A stretch of 64,000 nucleotides of DNA, taken from NCBI GenBank assembly GCA_963707985.1, contig CAVPRW010000002.1, forward strand, positions 96,001-160,000, in the 5' to 3' direction. This document shows, piece after piece, positions 10,285-21,403 of the stretch. The notes under the pieces were generated by a model. It had not been told where the DNA came from. It ran no database searches and saw nothing but the letters and a program-made list of their open reading frames with translations. The first letter of the stretch is position 1, and each line of letters starts with the position of its first letter. Made by a program: the position numbers and the translations under genes. The DNA is from an uncultured Nitrospinota bacterium (GTDB lineage: Bacteria; Tectomicrobia; Entotheonellia; J063; CAVPRW01).

Positions 10285-11774
10285 AGAGGCCGGACCTCGG
10301 GCTGAGGACACCGCTGGCGCAGTCCGCAGTCCATAGTCCGCACCATTCTTCCCATGTCATCGTCATCGGTGGCGGTATCGCCGGGTTGTCGACAGCGTAT
10401 GCGCTTCAAGAACAGACGCGCCTGAGCGGGGTGCCGCTTGCCTGTACGTTAATTGAGGCCCAGGAGCGGCTGGGTGGGGTGATCTTGACAGAACGTGTGG
10501 GCGACTTCGTCATCGAAGCGGGTCCCGATTCCCTCCTGACCCAGAAGCCCTGGGGGCTGGACTTGTGCCGGACCCTTGGCATCAGCGACCGCTTGATCGG
10601 CACCAACGATCAGCAACGACGGATCTATATACTCTGGGGCGGGCGTCTGCATGCATTGCCACAGGGATTGATGCTCATCGTCCCTAGCCGCCTTGGGCCA
10701 CTCTTCCGTAGCCAGTTACTATCATGGCCGGGAAAACTCCGTATAGGGTTGGAGTATTTCCTCCCGCCGCGGCCGCCGGACGGGGACGAAAGCCTGGCGG
10801 GGTTCGTGCGCCGCCGTCTCGGGCGGGAGGCCCTGGAGAAAATCGCTGAGCCGTTGCTGGCCGGCATTTATGCGGGGTCTTCGGATGCTCTGAGTGTGCT
10901 GGCCACCTTCCCTCGCTTGCGTGAGCTTGAGCGCACCCACGGGGGGCTCATTCGCGGGGCACTGGCCCAGCGTCGGGCTGCGTTCTCGGGCAACCCTGCC
11001 ACCACAACCATGTTCATGGCGCCGCGGGGGGGCATGGCAGAGATTGTCGACGTCCTCAGCAGTCGTCTCGATCGTGTTGTCAAAAGGCTGGGTCAGACCG
11101 TGCAGCGCGTCGTGCCGTACGGCGACGGCCAGGCTGAACCACACGGCTATGCGGTGCATCTCGATGATGCGACGATCCTGCATGCCGACGCAGTGGTGTT
11201 TGCCACGCCGGCATATGTTACGGCCCGTTTGGTCGAGGGCTTCCATCCCAGTCTGGCCAATGCCTTACGCGCTATTTCCTATGTTTCCTCCGCGACTATT
11301 TCGCTGGCCTACCGGCGCCGCGATGTCTCGCACCCACTCGACGGTTTCGGCTTCCTGGTCGGAAAGCACGAAGGGCGCCGCATCATGGCAGCCACCTGGA
11401 CCTCGACCAAATTCGCTTCTCGTGCCCCTGCCGATGGTGTGCTGATCCGGGGTTTCGTCGGTGGACCGGGCTGTGAGGATCTGGTGATGCTCGATGACGC
11501 AGCCTTGATTCAACTCGTGCGCCACGAGTTGAAGGCGATTTTAGGAATTCGTGTCACCCCGCTGCTGGCCAGGGTCTACCGCTGGGAGCGCGCCAATCCC
11601 CAATATGGGGTGGGGCATCTGGAACGCGTTGACGCCATGGACCGGCTGTTGGTCCCCTACCCTGGTTTGTCACTCACCGGCAGTGCCTACCGAGGCGTTG
11701 GCGTTCCCGACTGTATACATCAAGGGACTCAAACCGCCAAGCGCCTGCTCGCATCCCTAGCGCCCGTCAAGTGA
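10281..11774 (+). CDS. hemY: Copro/protoporphyrinogen oxidase, HemY type
   Basis: IGGGIAGL, IEAGPDS, EPLLAGIYAG, PQYGVGH and GVGVPDCI. Confidence 0.93.
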   Translation: MKRPDLGLRTPLAQSAVHSPHHSSHVIVIGGGIAGLSTAYALQEQTRLSGVPLACTLIEAQERLGGVILTERVGDFVIEAGPDSLLTQKPWGLDLCRTLGISDRLIGTNDQQRRIYILWGGRLHALPQGLMLIVPSRLGPLFRSQLLSWPGKLRIGLEYFLPPRPPDGDESLAGFVRRRLGREALEKIAEPLLAGIYAGSSDALSVLATFPRLRELERTHGGLIRGALAQRRAAFSGNPATTTMFMAPRGGMAEIVDVLSSRLDRVVKRLGQTVQRVVPYGDGQAEPHGYAVHLDDATILHADAVVFATPAYVTARLVEGFHPSLANALRAISYVSSATISLAYRRRDVSHPLDGFGFLVGKHEGRRIMAATWTSTKFASRAPADGVLIRGFVGGPGCEDLVMLDDAALIQLVRHELKAILGIRVTPLLARVYRWERANPQYGVGHLERVDAMDRLLVPYPGLSLTGSAYRGVGVPDCIHQGTQTAKRLLASLAPVK

Positions 11775-11885
11775 CCATCGTGCCGTTCACCCCTGTCGAA
11801 ACCTGTACCTGACTGATCCTGAGTCTGCTATCCGACTTGCACGCCTACATAGATCTGTTGTTGCATGCCTGCCGAGCGACCGTAC

Positions 11886-11950
11886 AATTTAATTGCATAA
11901 ATTTTATCAATATGATAATTATTTAGTAAAATATTATCTATATTAATCTC
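11886..11950 (+). promoter_or_regulatory. AT-rich promoter region with palindrome TTATCA-ATA-TGATAA (11904-11918)
   Basis: Nearly pure A/T tract in a GC-rich background, upstream of the response regulator. Confidence 0.5.
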
Positions 11951-12024
11951 ATAGCAACTCACCATGGATATCAGGTCAGGACCCAGCGTGGACATGGTCG
12001 TCTCAAGCGGCGCACCGAATATGC

Positions 12025-12426
12025 TTGCCCTGCGTGGTGAGGAGCCCCGAGAAAGGAAGATCCACGAAGACCATTTTACTGGTCGATGACGAAGCCAACC
12101 TGCGGATACTCGTCCGCACCACCCTGGATGTTGCTGAATACCGTATTATCGAAGCCACGGACGGCACGACCGCGCTAGATCTGGCACGGCAGCAGCGCCC
12201 AGACCTCCTGGTCTTGGACTGGATGATGCCTGGCCTCAACGGTATTGAGGTGGTGCAGGCCCTGCGCCAAGACTCTACGACCGCGCACATCCCCATCATC
12301 ATGCTATCGGCCAGGGGCCAAGCAACAGATCAAGAGCGCGGACGTTCCATGGGCATCTCCGCCTACCTCGTGAAGCCGTTTAGCCCGCTAGAATTGCTGC
12401 GATCGGTCCTGGAAATCCTGGGGTAA
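12025..12426 (+). CDS. Single-domain response regulator (start uncertain)
   Basis: ILLVDDE, LVLDWMMPGLNG and YLVKPF. Confidence 0.92.
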   Translation: MPCVVRSPEKGRSTKTILLVDDEANLRILVRTTLDVAEYRIIEATDGTTALDLARQQRPDLLVLDWMMPGLNGIEVVQALRQDSTTAHIPIIMLSARGQATDQERGRSMGISAYLVKPFSPLELLRSVLEILG

Positions 12427-12529
12427 CCGGCGCACATTCAAAGGTTGTAGGAGTTTGACATGCCTCACGCCATCGCTGCAGGCCGTTGATGAGCACGTGT
12501 CGAATCGCCTTGGCCTTGAGGATCGCCTC

Positions 12530-14993
12530 ATGAAATGGGCGATCAGAGAGAAAATTGGGGCAGGCTTTGGGTTGGTCCTGTTGAGTCTCGTGGTGATCGC
12601 TGTAGTCTCGTACCGTAGCACCGCGCAGCTCATCGAGACGGTTCGTATAGTGTCTCAGACCCATCGGCTGCTGGAAGCACTCGAAATCGTGCGTGCGCAC
12701 CTGAGTGACATCGAAGCGGAAGCACGCGGCTATGTCATCAGCGGTGACGACCGCTACCTGGAACCCTATTACGGCGCGCTGGTGGAGATTGCTCAACACA
12801 TTAGCGACCTCGGGGCATTAGCTGCCGACCAGCGCGATCAGGAGGATTATGTCGAGACCCTCAAAGCGCTGGTGGAGGGAAAAGTTGCTCTGGTCAGGAA
12901 AATGATCGCCTTACGGCAACAGGGAGGGGGTGAGACCGCGCAGCAAATGGTGCTGATGGACCAGGGCAAGGTGGTGATGGATACGATCAGAGTCGTCATC
13001 ATTGCCGCAACGAATGAGGGGCGAGCCTTGCATAGGCAGCGGGATGAAGAAGCGTACCAGAGCGCAAGCTCCACGATAATGACTATTGCGGTTGGCAGTT
13101 TGTTGGCTTTGGGGATTGCGGCTGGCGCCACGATCATCATCAATCGCGACATCACAAGTCTCCGACGAACCGAGGCGGCGTTACGGAGGAGTGAGGAACT
13201 TTACCACACGTTGGTCAAGAATTTCCCAAATGGTACGGTGCGTCTGTTCGACGACGAGCTACGCTATACCATTGCGGATGGGGCAGGGTTCGCAACGCTC
13301 GGTCTCTCGAAAGAGGCCATAGAGGGAAAGACTATCTGGGAAGTATGGCCGCCTGAAACCTGTGCCATCATCGAGCCGCATTATCGGGCCGCCCTTGCTG
13401 GTGAAGTGAGGAGTTTTGAAGTCCCATATGTGAACCGTATATATCAGGTATATGTTATGCCAATCAGAATTGCGTCAGGTGAGATCGTTGCGGGTATGGT
13501 GGTGAGCCACGACATCACCGAACGGAAGGAAGTCGATCGCCTCAAGGATGAATTCATCTCAACCGTCAGCCATGAGCTGCGGACGCCGCTGTCAAGCCTA
13601 CGCGGCTTTACCGAGCTCATGCTGGAGCGTGAATTTCCCCCCGAGAGACGCCAGCGATTTGTGTCGATCATGCACAGTGAAACCGTCCGTCTGACTAATC
13701 TGATCAATGATTTTCTCGATCTCCAACGCATCGAGTCAGGCCGCCAGGTCTATCATTTTGAACGCGTGGATGTGCGAGAGCTCTTGCACGAGAGGATTGC
13801 CCTGTTCATGCCAGTGGAGGCGCAAGTGGTCTGGCATCTGGAGGTTCCGGAGACCCTGCCACTGGTGCAGGCCGATAGAGATCGTATCCGGCAAGTGCTC
13901 GCCAATATACTCTCCAATGCGCTGAAGTATTCCCCGCGTGGAGGCGAGATCACCGTCAGCGCACGTCAGCAGGGTGCCTACGTCGAGGTCCGGGTGACCG
14001 ACCAAGGCGTGGGCATTCCGCCTGAGGCCATTCCACAGCTCTTCAGTAAGTTTTTCCGGGTGGAGAACAGCCAGACGCGGCACATTGGAGGCACAGGGCT
14101 GGGGTTGGCGTTGGTCAAGGATATCGTCGAGGCCCATCAGGGGAGGGTGTGGGTCGACAGTGAACCCGAACCGCGGCAGTGCGTTCTTTTTTACCCTACC
14201 TGTAGCTGTGCAACCGGTACAAGCGGTGGTAGTTCCGGAAGGCGTGAGCGGGGACACAACGGATATTTTGCTGGTCGAGAACGATCCGGTCTTCACACAG
14301 TTGCTACGCGAACGTTTCGAGGGTACAGGGTTATCAGTGACTACCACGAGTTATGCAGAACAAGCGCTCGATCTCACTCGCCTCTCCCCGCCGCGTATGC
14401 TGCTAGTGGACATCCACCTGGCTGGGGACATGGATGGATGGGACTTGCTAGTGGCGCTGAAAAGCGATCATGTCTTGCAAGCCATCCCCATCATCCTCGT
14501 TACCACAAGTGAGGAGGCCAATCTCCGTGGGCTCGCCCTGGCTGGTGCTGACTATCTCCCTCGGCCAGTCTCCACAGAAGGGCTGAGGCAGGCCGTGCAG
14601 CGTCAGTTGCCCTCCGTGGCTGGCAAGCGTGTCCTGGTTGCCGATGATGATAATGCCTTCCGTCGGCAGGTGGTGGAGCTGCTGGCTGACGACCTAAACG
14701 CCGAGGTAGCGGAGGCGACCAATGGGCGTGAGGTGTTGCAACAGGTGGCGCAGCAGGTGCCGGACCTGTTACTGCTGGACTTGCTCATGCCGAACCTGGA
14801 CGGCTTCGAGGTCCTGCAGCAGCTGCGGGCAGACAAACGGGCGATGAATATGGCCGTACTGGTGGTGACAAGCAAAGACCTACTGCCGGCTGAGAAGGCA
14901 CACCTAAAGCGCAAGATGGCATCTCTCGTAAGCAAGAATGATGCTAGCCTGGACCGCTTCGCCCGCATTGTGGGGGATGTGTTAGGTAGTTGA
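12530..14993 (+). CDS. Hybrid sensor histidine kinase (CHASE3-PAS-HisKA-HATPase-REC-REC), one frameshift near 14170
   Basis: EARGYVISGD, SHELRTPL, NALKYS and GGTGLGL; continues in ORF 14085-14993 with GSAFFFTLP and two receiver domains. Confidence 0.9.
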
Positions 14994-15296
14994 AGGGGGA
15001 GAGCCAATCATTCGGGAGTCACCGTCAGCACATCCTGTCGTATACCCCTCAAGCAGAATCGCGCTACCAAGAGTGGTGGTAGCGAGGGATTCGCCTTGCG
15101 ACCCATGATCTGCGGATCGCTGCTATGTTCCCCATTCCTCCATAGATCTCTCTCGGGCGCATTTAGAAGGCATCCCGCATCTCCCTCTATCGACGGCTGT
15201 GCGTCCTAGCGCTCTGTCACCTCCAGGGCAAGGACCTAAATCCGCCTCACGACCATCGCTGGATCGGCCGGCACAAGCGAGGTGACATCGTTTAGC

Positions 15297-16499
15297 TCAT
15301 GAGGCATGTGCCACCTCGCGGGCGAAGGCGATCAGCATTTCGTCTGAGTCCCTCGCTCCCAGCAGCGACAAACCCACCGGTAGTCCCTCCACTTCCGCTC
15401 CCGGCAAATTGATCTGCGGTGTGCCAGTGGTGCCTGCGATGCAGGTTAGCGTGCTCATGCGTGGCCGCAAGACATCGCGTATCGATATGCGTTCTCGTTG
15501 CAGCGGCGCAGGGGTCGGTGTGGTGGGGAGGCAGACCACTGTCCCGTCGGCGAGGAGCGCCGTCATGCGCTTGATGATGGCTTGCCGGGACTCCCTCGCA
15601 GCCTCAACTTCCACATCCGAGATCGCACTGGCGAAGCGATAGCGCTCGGCCACCTCGAAACTGAAGCGCGGATTTTCGCGGTCGATCCAGTCCCTGGCGG
15701 TTTCCCATGCCTCCCGACCCTGTAAAATCTGCTGCTGACTTGACCAATCGCTCAGTCGTGTTGGCGCGAGGCGTACCGCCGTGCAGTCCCCGATCAGGGA
15801 AGCGATGCGATCGACAGCTGGTCGCAAGGCTTCCTGTACCGCCTGATCAGCGACTTCGAAGGCGTCTTCGGCGATGAGGAGATGATGGGGGCGGACCCCC
15901 CGGATGTCGCGTTGCAAAATCACCGACCCAACTCTGGCAAACAGGTCCGCGTCGCGCGCAAACCAGCCGATGGTATCGTAGCTCGGGGCTTGCAGCAAGA
16001 TGCCGTCAAGCGGGATGCGCCCATGTGTCGGGCGCATCCCGTATAGACCGCAGAAGCTCGACGGCACGCGCACGGATCCACCGGTATCAGAACCGAGCGC
16101 GAAATCGACCAACTCCCCGGCCACGGCAGAGGCCGAGCCGCTCGATGAGCCGCCTGGGACACGGCCAGGTGCCCGCGGATTCAGGGGTGTGCCATAATGG
16201 GCATTTTCTCCAAAAATCCCGCGGGTGATCTCGTCGGTGATGGTCTTGCCGACCATGGTGGCACCGGCTGCCACCAATATGCTCACCACCCAGGCGGTTC
16301 GTGATGCGGCTTCATGGGTGGCCTTCCAGTCGGGGTTACCGCCTCCCGTCACATAGCCGACAACGTCGAAAATATCTTTGGCGGCGAAGGTCAGGTCTGA
16401 AAGAGGCCCATCGGCTGCGCCCTCAAGGTATGCGTCGGTGTCTCTGCAAAAGGCATTCAGGTGGTCGTCAATCGTCAACCGAGGTCGCATCATGTCCAT
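15297..16499 (-). CDS. Amidase signature family enzyme
   Basis: AAKDIFD, PGGSSSGSASAVA and LGSDTGGSVRVP; start placed after the GGAG at 16499. Confidence 0.92.
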   Translation of the reverse strand: MDMMRPRLTIDDHLNAFCRDTDAYLEGAADGPLSDLTFAAKDIFDVVGYVTGGGNPDWKATHEAASRTAWVVSILVAAGATMVGKTITDEITRGIFGENAHYGTPLNPRAPGRVPGGSSSGSASAVAGELVDFALGSDTGGSVRVPSSFCGLYGMRPTHGRIPLDGILLQAPSYDTIGWFARDADLFARVGSVILQRDIRGVRPHHLLIAEDAFEVADQAVQEALRPAVDRIASLIGDCTAVRLAPTRLSDWSSQQQILQGREAWETARDWIDRENPRFSFEVAERYRFASAISDVEVEAARESRQAIIKRMTALLADGTVVCLPTTPTPAPLQRERISIRDVLRPRMSTLTCIAGTTGTPQINLPGAEVEGLPVGLSLLGARDSDEMLIAFAREVAHAS

Positions 16500-16853
16500 C
16501 GCTCCATTCTTGCATTCCGAAGTGTTCCTACCCTGTGCCCGGTGCCGTCGTCCCTGGGTCGAAGCGGTTTGACTCAGGCGGAAGATGTTTGCTTCAGTCC
16601 ATTGGGCTTGATAGGCGGGAGTATACAAGTCCACCAACAGGTGAGCAAGAACGGCGGCTTCTCTGGACGTGCCTTGCGGCACAGCATTGTTCATGGTATC
16701 TTCAGCGAATGTTTTGTAGATACCAGCAGAAAAGCGAACAGTGAGCTTAAAAGATGCGTCTGGAGCAGCACACCAGCGCTCGGTGGAGATCAGCAAGCAG
16801 CGTCCGCTCACCTGTAAGGACCAACGCTCCTTATCGCAGGTTAAGATTCTCTT

Positions 16854-17870
16854 ATGTCCATCCTTAAACCAGGCAAACTTCCCCCAGAACTGTTGCAGCG
16901 CTTGCTCACCTCATACCCCCGGACGGACCCGCGCGTCATCATCGGACCAGCCGTGGGAGAAGACGCTGCCATCATCGACATGGGCGACCGCTATTTGATC
17001 GCCAAGTCGGATCCGATCACCTTTGCCACCGATGCCATCGGCTACTACGGCGTGGTGGTGAATGCCAACGATATCGCCACTCGCGGTGGTCGACCGAAGT
17101 GGTTTCTGGCCACCCTGCTGTTGCCGGAACGAACGACTTCGGTCGCGCTGGTGGAATCGATCTTCGCCCAGATTGCAGAGGCCTGCCAATCTTTTAACAT
17201 TGCCGTCGTGGGCGGGCATACGGAGGTCACATACGGGCTTGACCGTCCCATCCTGTCGGGGCACATGCTGGGGGAAGTTGATGTGGCCGGCCTGATCAGC
17301 ACCAGCGGGGCTCAGATCGGCGATGTGCTGCTGTTGACGAAGGGCATTTGCATCGAGGGCACAGCGATCATTGCGCGCGAGCGTGAGCGGGAGCTGAGAT
17401 CTGGAGACGTGCCTGAGGCCATCATCCAACGCGCCAAAAATTTCTTATATGAGCCGGGCATCAGCGTCGTGCGTGATGCGTACATCGCCATCGGCGCGGG
17501 CCACATCCATGCCATGCACGATCCGACGGAGGGTGGACTCGCCATGGCCGTTCATGAACTGGCCATCGCGGCACAGGTTGGCATTGTCATCGAAGGCCAG
17601 CAGATTCCCATTCTGGAAGAGGCGGCGCTACTGTGCCGGGCCTATAGCCTCGACCCATTCGGAACCATCGCCTCGGGTGCCCTGCTGATCGCCACGCCGG
17701 CCGATGAGGCACCGCGCATTCAACAGGCGCTGCAGGTCAACAATATTGCGTGCGCGGCAATTGGCCACATCGTGCCGCCGGAGGAAGGAGTTCTACTCGA
17801 CAATGGCCGTGAGGTTCAGCCACTACCCAAGTTTATCAGGGATGAAATTACCAAATTGTTCACCGAGTAA
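16854..17870 (+). CDS. AIR synthase-related / HypE-like protein
   Basis: GKLPPELL, GEDAA, NANDIA, VGGHTEVT and MHDPTEGGL. Confidence 0.85.
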   Translation: MSILKPGKLPPELLQRLLTSYPRTDPRVIIGPAVGEDAAIIDMGDRYLIAKSDPITFATDAIGYYGVVVNANDIATRGGRPKWFLATLLLPERTTSVALVESIFAQIAEACQSFNIAVVGGHTEVTYGLDRPILSGHMLGEVDVAGLISTSGAQIGDVLLLTKGICIEGTAIIARERERELRSGDVPEAIIQRAKNFLYEPGISVVRDAYIAIGAGHIHAMHDPTEGGLAMAVHELAIAAQVGIVIEGQQIPILEEAALLCRAYSLDPFGTIASGALLIATPADEAPRIQQALQVNNIACAAIGHIVPPEEGVLLDNGREVQPLPKFIRDEITKLFTE

Positions 17871-18000
17871 TGTTCCCCCCATATCTCCGCTATCGCACGG
17901 CGGCAGAGAGGGCAAAGGGCGCATCACTGCCGCGATGCACGCTGGTCTGGGTGCATTGCTGGCGATGAAATGATGGGATGATCATGAACGGTGCGATGAC

Positions 18001-19557
18001 ATGTCCGTGTCTGCAGCGCTGTACCGAGAGCTTCGCGACGCGAGCCTCACTGTGGCCGAGCCTGAAGCGCCCTATCATGCTATCTCTGGCGACACTCAAC
18101 CATCCGAGCACCACCTGCATCTCCTCTGGCAACGGCAAGATCTCCTGCGCCAGCCGCTCATGACCCTCGACCAGCAGTTCATCACTGTCTATCGGCCGGG
18201 ACGTTGGAGCCGCAGCAGCGGACCTGACTTTCGCGACGTCAAGTTGCGGCTCGGTGATGATTCCATTCGCATTGGGGCCGTGGAAGTGCACGTCGCGGCG
18301 AGCGATTGGTTTCGCCATGGACACGACCGTGATCCTGCCTATACCAAGGTCCTGGTGCATGTGGTGTGGCACAACGATCTCGGCACCCAGACAGTGGTCG
18401 ATGCCTCGGGCCGTGAGATTCCGCAGTTGGTGCTGTCGACGGCACTGACCATACCGTTCTCTGAATGGCAGGCTGTGCTTGAGGAGGAAAGGATCCCGAC
18501 CGGGCATGGGGTGGGGCTGACACCTTGTCAACAATCGCTTTTGGAGATGACTCCGGAGACCGTTGGGCGTCTGTTGGATATGGCTGGCGAGGAGCGTTGG
18601 CGGCAGAAAGCCAATCGCTTCGCCCTGCGGCTCGAACGCCGCGGGGTTGAGCAAGCGCTCTATGAGACGCTGATGGAAGCCCTGGGCTTTCAGGGGAATC
18701 GCATGCCGTTCTGGCAACTGGCCAGATTAGCACCTCTGACGCACATCCGAGAGGCACTGGGCGCCGTTGAGTCCACCCCGATCCAGGTGCAGGCGATCCT
18801 GTATGGCGTGTCGGGGTTCCTGCAACACTGGCAAGCTGCGCGACAACGACACCAACCAGCGCGCGACACCTATGTGGAAACGCTCGCCACCTATTGGGAG
18901 CCCGTGTCGACACTTTTTCCTGAAGGCCTCGACGAGCGTCAGTGGCGTACGGCCGGTATCCGGCCAGCGAATTTTCCGCAGCGACGCCTCGCAGCGGCCG
19001 GCTATTGGCTCGCATCCCTGATGCAGCAGAGCCTGATGGATTTGTGCTTGGCGCCGATTCGACTCCTTGCACGGCAGGCGTCGCGTGCGCAATTACGGCG
19101 CTGTTTGGGCGAGCTGGCACGGCGTCTGCGCGTAGATGGGGACGACGACTTCTGGCGTCACCGCTATGGCATCGATGGGCCAGAGCTCAACCGCCCCGTC
19201 GATCTCCTGGGGCATGGGCGGGCGACAACCATGGTCGTAGATGTTCTATTGCCGGCGGCCGCAGCCCTAGCGCAGCTGGGCACCGAGCCGATCGAGCTCG
19301 AAACGGTACGCGCGTTGTACACATGTCACCCCCGCTTGCCTGCCAATGAAGTCACCCGGGAGATGGTTCGGCAATTCTTCGGCAGCGATCGTTCCCGCGC
19401 CGCTATCGTCAATTCCGCCTGTCGTCAACAGGCGCTTTTGCAGCTCTACAGAGACTTCTGCCTCAGCGAGCTAGAGACCTGTCAGGAGTGTGCTTTCCCG
19501 CGTCTCGTAGCCCGTTTGGAACGGCTGCAAAGAGATATGCCTCAAGGAGGTCGCTGA
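18001..19557 (+). CDS. DUF2851 family protein
   Basis: GPDF, GAVEVH, WFRHGHDRDPAY..V.HVVW and RPANFPQRRL. Confidence 0.8.
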   Translation: MSVSAALYRELRDASLTVAEPEAPYHAISGDTQPSEHHLHLLWQRQDLLRQPLMTLDQQFITVYRPGRWSRSSGPDFRDVKLRLGDDSIRIGAVEVHVAASDWFRHGHDRDPAYTKVLVHVVWHNDLGTQTVVDASGREIPQLVLSTALTIPFSEWQAVLEEERIPTGHGVGLTPCQQSLLEMTPETVGRLLDMAGEERWRQKANRFALRLERRGVEQALYETLMEALGFQGNRMPFWQLARLAPLTHIREALGAVESTPIQVQAILYGVSGFLQHWQAARQRHQPARDTYVETLATYWEPVSTLFPEGLDERQWRTAGIRPANFPQRRLAAAGYWLASLMQQSLMDLCLAPIRLLARQASRAQLRRCLGELARRLRVDGDDDFWRHRYGIDGPELNRPVDLLGHGRATTMVVDVLLPAAAALAQLGTEPIELETVRALYTCHPRLPANEVTREMVRQFFGSDRSRAAIVNSACRQQALLQLYRDFCLSELETCQECAFPRLVARLERLQRDMPQGGR

Positions 19558-20602
19558 GCTGGCACAGTTCAGGGCGCCTGGCGAGGTTGCTGCGGATATA
19601 GCTGAGGGTGGGAGGAATGGCTGCGATATAACGCTGTGTGTTTTTCACCACGGTCTGAAAGGCAAACGTTCCGAGGGCTTTGAGATTACGTTGAAGGCAC
19701 GTGTAATCGAACACCCGGAGGAATGCTTCGCGGTCAAGCACATGGCCATCTCGCATGGTCTTCTGTTCGAGGTAATATGTCAGGAGCTCTTCCCGCAGGT
19801 CCGTGGGGAGTACGACGTAGGAATCGTACAGGAGAGAGGCGAGGTCGTACTGGCAGGGGCCGAGGCGGGCATCTTGAAAATCGATGACGTGCAGTCGACT
19901 CTGATGCACCATGAGATTTCGGCTGTGGTAATCGCGATGAGTGAGGACACGGGGTTGGCTCGCCAGCGTCGCCGCGAGCTTCCAGAATTGGCCCCGCAGC
20001 GTCGCCTGAGCCGCTGGCGTCAATTGCTGAGCACACAACTGTTGGATCATGTGGGTCGAGAAAAAATCCAGCTCCCACATCAGCTTCTCGACGTCAAAGG
20101 CCAGGCTGAAGGCGACACAGTTGGCGCGTGAGGTCGTTTCCTGCGGATACTGCAGCTGCAGCAGAATATCCAGCGCCTGGCGATACCAATCAACCGTCTG
20201 CCCGCGGCCGGCTCCCTGTAATGCGGCCTCCAGCGTGGCATCACCTAGATCCTCCAGCAGGATGAAACCCTGGCCGGAATCATCCCACAGAATGCCGGGA
20301 ACTGGTAGCCTGTTTAGGGCGAGGTAGCGCTGCACATTCACGAAGGCTAATTCACCGGCGGTGTACGGTTGGGCCAGCTGCATGAGTATGAGCGACGTGA
20401 TATCGTCGACCCCGGTCGTGACGTGTAAGCGGTAGTAGCGGCGATCGGAGGCGTCTCCTGTGAGGGGGCTTATCTCGACATCGCTGCACTTCCCCGGGAA
20501 AACTCGGTCGACGAGCGCACGCAGATATAGCGTCGAGGGTAACTCTGGCAAGGTATCCGGAGCGTGGGACTGAACCGTAGGAGATGCAGGCATTGACCGC
20601 AT
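19463..20602 (-). CDS. Aminoglycoside phosphotransferase family kinase (AmgK-like)
   Basis: GDASDRRYYR, LLEDLGD, HRDYHSRNLM, IDFQDARLGP and QRNLKALG. Confidence 0.85.
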   Translation of the reverse strand: MRSMPASPTVQSHAPDTLPELPSTLYLRALVDRVFPGKCSDVEISPLTGDASDRRYYRLHVTTGVDDITSLILMQLAQPYTAGELAFVNVQRYLALNRLPVPGILWDDSGQGFILLEDLGDATLEAALQGAGRGQTVDWYRQALDILLQLQYPQETTSRANCVAFSLAFDVEKLMWELDFFSTHMIQQLCAQQLTPAAQATLRGQFWKLAATLASQPRVLTHRDYHSRNLMVHQSRLHVIDFQDARLGPCQYDLASLLYDSYVVLPTDLREELLTYYLEQKTMRDGHVLDREAFLRVFDYTCLQRNLKALGTFAFQTVVKNTQRYIAAIPPTLSYIRSNLARRPELCQLSDLLEAYLFAAVPNGLRDAGKHTPDRSLAR

Positions 20603-20723
20603 AGCCGCTACTATAAATCCGCCTCCCTCTCCAGGTCAAGGGACTGCTCTTCATCTTCCCCACCTATCCCTCCTTCACAAGACCGAGGTGGTGGCAATCG
20701 ACGGGCGCATGCAGTGGAGTCGC

Positions 20724-21150
20724 TCAGCCCTCCCGGTGCGGCGCCCTGACACTTCCCAGGTCTACGGGGTCTTCCGACGTCCCGGACCAGGGCTCGCGCG
20801 CATGGGGAAGCCTCACCCGCCCCCAGAGTTGCACCAATCGGTTGTCCGGCCGCCGCCGCAGATAGACAAACCCGTATAAGGCCGCGACCAGCACGCCGCC
20901 ACCGACTATATGGCCCAGCGTCACTGGCAGCAGGTTGTTTCCGAAAAACCCCATCCAGGTGAGATCGGCGAACTGCCCGGGGACTTTGCCCGACATCTCG
21001 ATCACACGCGAGTTGTCTCGTAGCCACAAGCCCAGCGGGATAAAGTACATGTTCGCGATCGAGTGCTCAAAGCCCACGGCGACAAAGGCGGTAATCGGCG
21101 GGATGATGGCCAGGATCTTGTCCGTAGTGGTCCGCGCACTGAAACTCAAC
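20724..21150 (-). pseudogene. C-terminal fragment of a formate/nitrite transporter
   Basis: DKILAIIPPITAFVAVGFEHSIANMYF and LLPVTLGHIVGG; N-terminal half missing. Confidence 0.8.
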
Positions 21151-21403
21151 CCGTGAAGCGCGCCATTGCCGACAACCACCTCAGCGAGGCAACCACAGAA
21201 TAGGCCTACCAGGTGACACTGAGGAACGTACCACCAATCATCATCATATGCCAAGCCCCTACGACCCTGGGAGCGTTGATCGGTACCTATCCAGCGGCGT
21301 GCACGGCACGGATCTGACCAGATCAAAGGCAGAGACGTGAGGAAGGGCTAGACGAAAGCGAGCATCACCATCACGGCCGAACTCCGCGGCCAGGACGCCA
21401 ACG

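Noticed and set aside
14085..14993. Separate response regulator, or programmed frameshift in the hybrid kinase
   Set aside because: The HATPase motif is continuous across a single indel, as also seen in GH15 and HmuY; a sequencing error is more parsimonious.
16500..16811. N-terminal extension of the amidase ORF
   Set aside because: Lies in the divergent promoter region; an RBS-like GGAG precedes 16499.
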